DNA of 64,000 nucleotides from an uncultured Flavobacteriales bacterium (GTDB lineage Bacteria; Bacteroidota; Bacteroidia; Flavobacteriales; BACL11): NCBI GenBank assembly GCA_943788405.1, contig CALSQD010000002.1, positions 172,850 to 236,849 of the forward strand, read 5' to 3'. Shown piece by piece: positions 60,671 to 64,000 of this stretch (position 1 is its first letter; each line of letters starts with the position of its first letter). The notes under the pieces were generated by a model. It saw only the letters and a program-made list of their open reading frames with translations, ran no database searches and was not told where the DNA came from. The position numbers and the translations under genes were made by a program.

Positions 60671-61753
60671 ATGTTAGATAAATTATCAGCAATTAACGAT
60701 AGGTATTTAGAGGTTGAAAAACTAATTTCTTCTCCTGATGCAATGAACGATATGAAAGTGTTTGTTCAGCTTAGTAAGGAATATAAGGATTTAGACCCTA
60801 TTATTAAAGCCTATAAAGAATATAAAAATTTAGTAGAAAATATTGCTGAAGCAAAGGAGATTGTATCTACTACTGATGATGCTGAAATGAAGGAAATGGC
60901 AAAGATGGATTTAGATGAGAATTTGCCAAGGAAAGATGAAATGGATGAGGAAATAAAAGTGCTGTTGATTCCTAAAGACCCTGCTGATGCTAAAAATGCT
61001 GTAATGGAAATTAGAGCAGGAGCAGGAGGTGATGAAGCAAGTATATTTGCAGGAGATTTATACAGAATGTATTCTGCTTATGCTCAAACTAGAGGTTGGA
61101 AAACAGAATTAGTTGATGTTGCAGATGGAACATCAGGAGGTTATAAAGAAATTATTGTAAATATTTCAGGTGAAGATGTTTACGGGCAATTAAAATTTGA
61201 GAGTGGAGTGCACAGGGTGCAAAGAGTCCCACAAACTGAAACACAAGGGCGTGTACATACATCAGCAGCTACTGTTATTGTATTGCCTGAGGCTGAGGAA
61301 TTTGATATAGAATTAAAGCCATCTGATATTCGTAAGGACACTTATTGTTCTTCTGGTCCTGGAGGTCAATCGGTAAATACAACTTACTCAGCTGTTCGTT
61401 TAACACACATTCCTACTGGAGTTGTAGCACAATGTCAAGATCAAAAATCACAACATAAAAATTACGATAAAGCATTAAAGGTTTTGCGTTCTCGTATTTA
61501 TGAAATTGAGTTGCAAAAGAAGTTGGAGGAAGATGCAAAACATAGAAAAACTATGGTTTCTTCAGGAGATAGGTCAGCAAAAATTAGAACTTATAACTAC
61601 CATCAAGGTAGAGTAACCGAGCATAGAATTGGCTTAACAAAATACAATCTTCAAAATGTAATGGGAGGTGATATTCAGGAATTTATTGATGAATTACAAT
61701 TGGCTGAAAATGCTGAAAAACTAAAAGTAGGTACTACATCAGCAAATGAATAG
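60671..61753 (+). CDS. prfA: peptide chain release factor 1
   Basis: 360 aa with the GGQ motif (GPGGQSVN) and the PxT tripeptide (VPQTE). The frame is uninterrupted. Confidence 0.95.
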   Translation: MLDKLSAINDRYLEVEKLISSPDAMNDMKVFVQLSKEYKDLDPIIKAYKEYKNLVENIAEAKEIVSTTDDAEMKEMAKMDLDENLPRKDEMDEEIKVLLIPKDPADAKNAVMEIRAGAGGDEASIFAGDLYRMYSAYAQTRGWKTELVDVADGTSGGYKEIIVNISGEDVYGQLKFESGVHRVQRVPQTETQGRVHTSAATVIVLPEAEEFDIELKPSDIRKDTYCSSGPGGQSVNTTYSAVRLTHIPTGVVAQCQDQKSQHKNYDKALKVLRSRIYEIELQKKLEEDAKHRKTMVSSGDRSAKIRTYNYHQGRVTEHRIGLTKYNLQNVMGGDIQEFIDELQLAENAEKLKVGTTSANE

Positions 61754-62564
61754 AGAAGAATTAATAATTCAAATTAAATCTAAAAGGTCTTTCCTTTGTA
61801 TAGGTTTAGATACGGATATTAAAAAAATACCAATTCATTTATTAGAATTAGAAGATCCTATTTTTGAGTTTAATAAACAAATAATTGATGCTACTAAGGA
61901 TTTTTGTGTAGTGTATAAACCTAATATTGCTTTCTATGAAAGTATGGGAGTTAAGGGGTGGGAGAGTTTACAAAAAACTCTGGACTACATTCCTAAAGAT
62001 ATTTTCACCATTGCAGATGCAAAGAGAGGAGATATAGGTAATACCTCAAATATGTATGCTCGTGCTTTTTTCGAAAATATGAATTTTGATTCTGTTACAG
62101 TTGCACCTTATATGGGATCAGATTCTGTTACTCCATTTTTAGAGTTTAAAGATAAATGGGCTATTGTATTGGCACTTACTTCTAATAAAGGAGGTTTGGA
62201 TTTTCAGAAAACTGAAGATAAAAACGGAAAACAATTATTTGAGCAAGTTTTAGAAACTTCAAAACAATGGGGTACTGATGAGAATATGATGTATGTTGTT
62301 GGTGCTACAAGAGCAGAACAGCTCTCAGAAATCAGAGCTATTATTCCAAATCATTTTTTATTAGTTCCTGGTGTTGGCGCGCAAGGTGGTAATGTGCAAG
62401 ATGTTGCAAAATATGGTATGAATGCCGATTGTGGGCTTTTAGTTAATTCTTCTAGAGGAATTATATATGCAGGAAATGGTGTTGATTTTGCTGAAAAAGC
62501 AAAAATTGAGGCTCAAAAATTACAGAAAGAAATGGCTGTTATTCTCGCAGAAGCAGGAATTTAA
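61746..62564 (+). CDS. pyrF: orotidine 5'-phosphate decarboxylase (type 2)
   Basis: 272 aa with [10 protein letters not shown] and [11 protein letters not shown]. Confidence 0.9.
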   Translation: MNREELIIQIKSKRSFLCIGLDTDIKKIPIHLLELEDPIFEFNKQIIDATKDFCVVYKPNIAFYESMGVKGWESLQKTLDYIPKDIFTIADAKRGDIGNTSNMYARAFFENMNFDSVTVAPYMGSDSVTPFLEFKDKWAIVLALTSNKGGLDFQKTEDKNGKQLFEQVLETSKQWGTDENMMYVVGATRAEQLSEIRAIIPNHFLLVPGVGAQGGNVQDVAKYGMNADCGLLVNSSRGIIYAGNGVDFAEKAKIEAQKLQKEMAVILAEAGI

Positions 62565-63304
62565 AATTTCATTCTATAAACAACATAGCCAATCCATTCA
62601 TGGATGAGTGTTTCCCATTTTGTAATTGTATCAGCTCTAGGTAATAATAAATATTCTATTCCATAATTAGGATAGGAGTTTGTGCAGTCAGTAGGGAAAG
62701 CTTTTGTTTTTATATTTGCTTTTTCAAAACAGTATTGTGCCCTCCTCATATGTTGAGCAGATGTAATCAATAAAATACTCGCATCAGGAAATTGATGATT
62801 TAGAATTTGTGCAGAGTTAAAGGCATTTTCTTTTGTATTTCTAGAGGTATTTTCAATAATAATATCATCAGTTGGTATTTTATTTTTAATAAGATGATCT
62901 CTCATTCCATTGGCCTCAACATACCCATTGTTAAAAAGCACTCCATTGCCACCACTAAGCATTATCTTTTTTATTTTGCCTTGTCTGTAAAGTTGCTCGG
63001 CATCCATTAATCTGTCAGCATGTTTGTTAAAATTATGTGCTTTTGTTAATGTGTCAAAATCAGCAATTCCACCTAAAACGATACCAATATCATAAGTTAT
63101 AGTAGGGTTGTGTCTTGGTATTTCCCAAAGCCTAGCACAGCTATCAGCAATAAAGCTATTGGTGAAAATATAAAATATAACTAGTGAAGAAACAAGGAGT
63201 TTTTTGCCGTATTTTTTAAAAATAAGAGTACTAATTAATAGTATAAAAATCCAGATAATTGGTTTGCTTAAAAAGGCAAGTAGTTTGGAGGTTATGTAAA
63301 ACAT
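62561..63304 (-). CDS. YdcF/ElyC-family (DUF218) membrane-anchored protein
   Basis: 247 aa with N-terminal TM segments, SGGNG and [12 protein letters not shown]. Confidence 0.65.
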   Translation of the reverse strand: MFYITSKLLAFLSKPIIWIFILLISTLIFKKYGKKLLVSSLVIFYIFTNSFIADSCARLWEIPRHNPTITYDIGIVLGGIADFDTLTKAHNFNKHADRLMDAEQLYRQGKIKKIMLSGGNGVLFNNGYVEANGMRDHLIKNKIPTDDIIIENTSRNTKENAFNSAQILNHQFPDASILLITSAQHMRRAQYCFEKANIKTKAFPTDCTNSYPNYGIEYLLLPRADTITKWETLIHEWIGYVVYRMKF

Positions 63305-63353
63305 AAATTTTATTTATCTTTCAAAAGTAATTTATTATTGGATAAAATTTAAA

Positions 63354-64000
63354 ATGAAAGAGGATTTTTTACATTATGTTTGGGTGAAGCAGCTGTTTGA
63401 TAAAGCTGATTTGTTTACTGTAAATGGAGAAAAAATAAAAATTATTGAAACTGGTGAGCATAATAATAATGCGGGTCCTGATTTTTTAAATGCAAAAATT
63501 AAGATTGATAACTTAACTTGGGTGGGTAATGTTGAGATTCATGTAAATTCTTCCGATTGGCAAAAACATAAACACCAAAATGATAAAGCCTATAATAATG
63601 TGATTTTACATTTGGTATATAATGATGATAAAACAATAAAAACTGAAAAAGGTGAAGCCCCTCAAACTTTAGAGGTTAAAGTTAGGGTTGATGTTAAGTT
63701 TATTGCTAAATATAAGCAGATTTTTAGTGAACAAGAAAGCATTTTATGTTCATCTTATTTAGCTTCAGTTGATGATAAGCTGTGGGATGATACTTTGCAA
63801 AAATTGGTTGTTGAACGGTTTACAAATAAAGTAAATGAGATTGAAAATAGCTTAAGTAAAACAACAAATGATTTGGAATGGGTATTGTTTGCTTTAATTG
63901 CACAGTGCTTAGGATTAAAAGTAAACAAACAAGCTATGTTAATTTTGGCTCAATCCATACCTTTTAAAGTGTTAAGAAAATATAAAGCAAATGCTTTTCA
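63354..64000 (+). CDS. DUF2851-family protein (C-terminus beyond the window edge)
   Basis: Partial, so not in the track. My translation from ATG 63354 reads MKEDFLHYVWVKQLFDKADLFTVNGEKIKIIETGEHNNNAGPDFLNAKIKIDNLTWVGNVEIHVNSSDWQKHKH.... Confidence 0.6.
   Translation, partial: MKEDFLHYVWVKQLFDKADLFTVNGEKIKIIETGEHNNNAGPDFLNAKIKIDNLTWVGNVEIHVNSSDWQKHKHQNDKAYNNVILHLVYNDDKTIKTEKGEAPQTLEVKVRVDVKFIAKYKQIFSEQESILCSSYLASVDDKLWDDTLQKLVVERFTNKVNEIENSLSKTTNDLEWVLFALIAQCLGLKVNKQAMLILAQSIPFKVLRKYKANAF

Noticed and set aside
60671-61753. Checked the release-factor gene for a programmed +1 frameshift site.
   Set aside because: The protein carries the RF1-type PxT (PQT) motif and the frame is uninterrupted. 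The frameshift is a prfB feature, not a prfA feature.

Overview
This window looks like an AT-rich Bacteroidota (Flavobacteriia-like) chromosome. The evidence is three T9SS C-terminal sorting domains, a PorQ-like gene, TAnnTTTG -7 promoter boxes and no obvious Shine-Dalgarno sites. About 55 genes are tightly packed and most are housekeeping. On the minus strand, 1-8329 holds a MarR-headed beta-oxidation operon (hydroxyacyl-CoA dehydrogenase/hydratase, GNAT, thiolase, acyl-CoA dehydrogenase), followed downstream by SDR and ALDH genes that may form a separate transcription unit. A divergent acyl-CoA ligase gene faces it. The remaining genes include dnaB, accA, ispE, gyrB, mdh, rpmE, lon, porQ-like, cmk, ispH, rpsA, pyrR-pyrB, rnz, miaA, a CCA/HD nucleotidyltransferase, tsaC, two glycosyltransferases, dapD, secDF, tatA, a CaCA antiporter, glnII, an OmpA-family protein, purM-like, prfA and pyrF. 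I found no rRNA, tRNA or CRISPR array. Apart from the IS remnant, no intergenic gap exceeds about 165 nt. I did not find a convincing new multi-gene defence or mobile system, and I say so rather than invent one. The features that depart from ordinary core genome are: (1) a PAP2 + EptA/MCR-family lipid A remodelling cassette (26.2-28.5 kb) bracketed by 49-bp perfect direct repeats, each carrying a terminator, a promoter box and an ATG; (2) a PNGase F-like lipoprotein gene whose signal-peptide region has no start codon and abuts a decayed IS1595-family element (15.3-17.8 kb); (3) a DnaB with an SSB-tip-like acidic ...DAPF C-terminus; (4) a GT2 glycosyltransferase split by one in-frame TAA; (5) twin palindromic operators in the fad divergent promoter; (6) compact terminator/-7 box/ATG modules that imply leaderless mRNAs. 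All calls rest on my own reading and translation. No database search was run.
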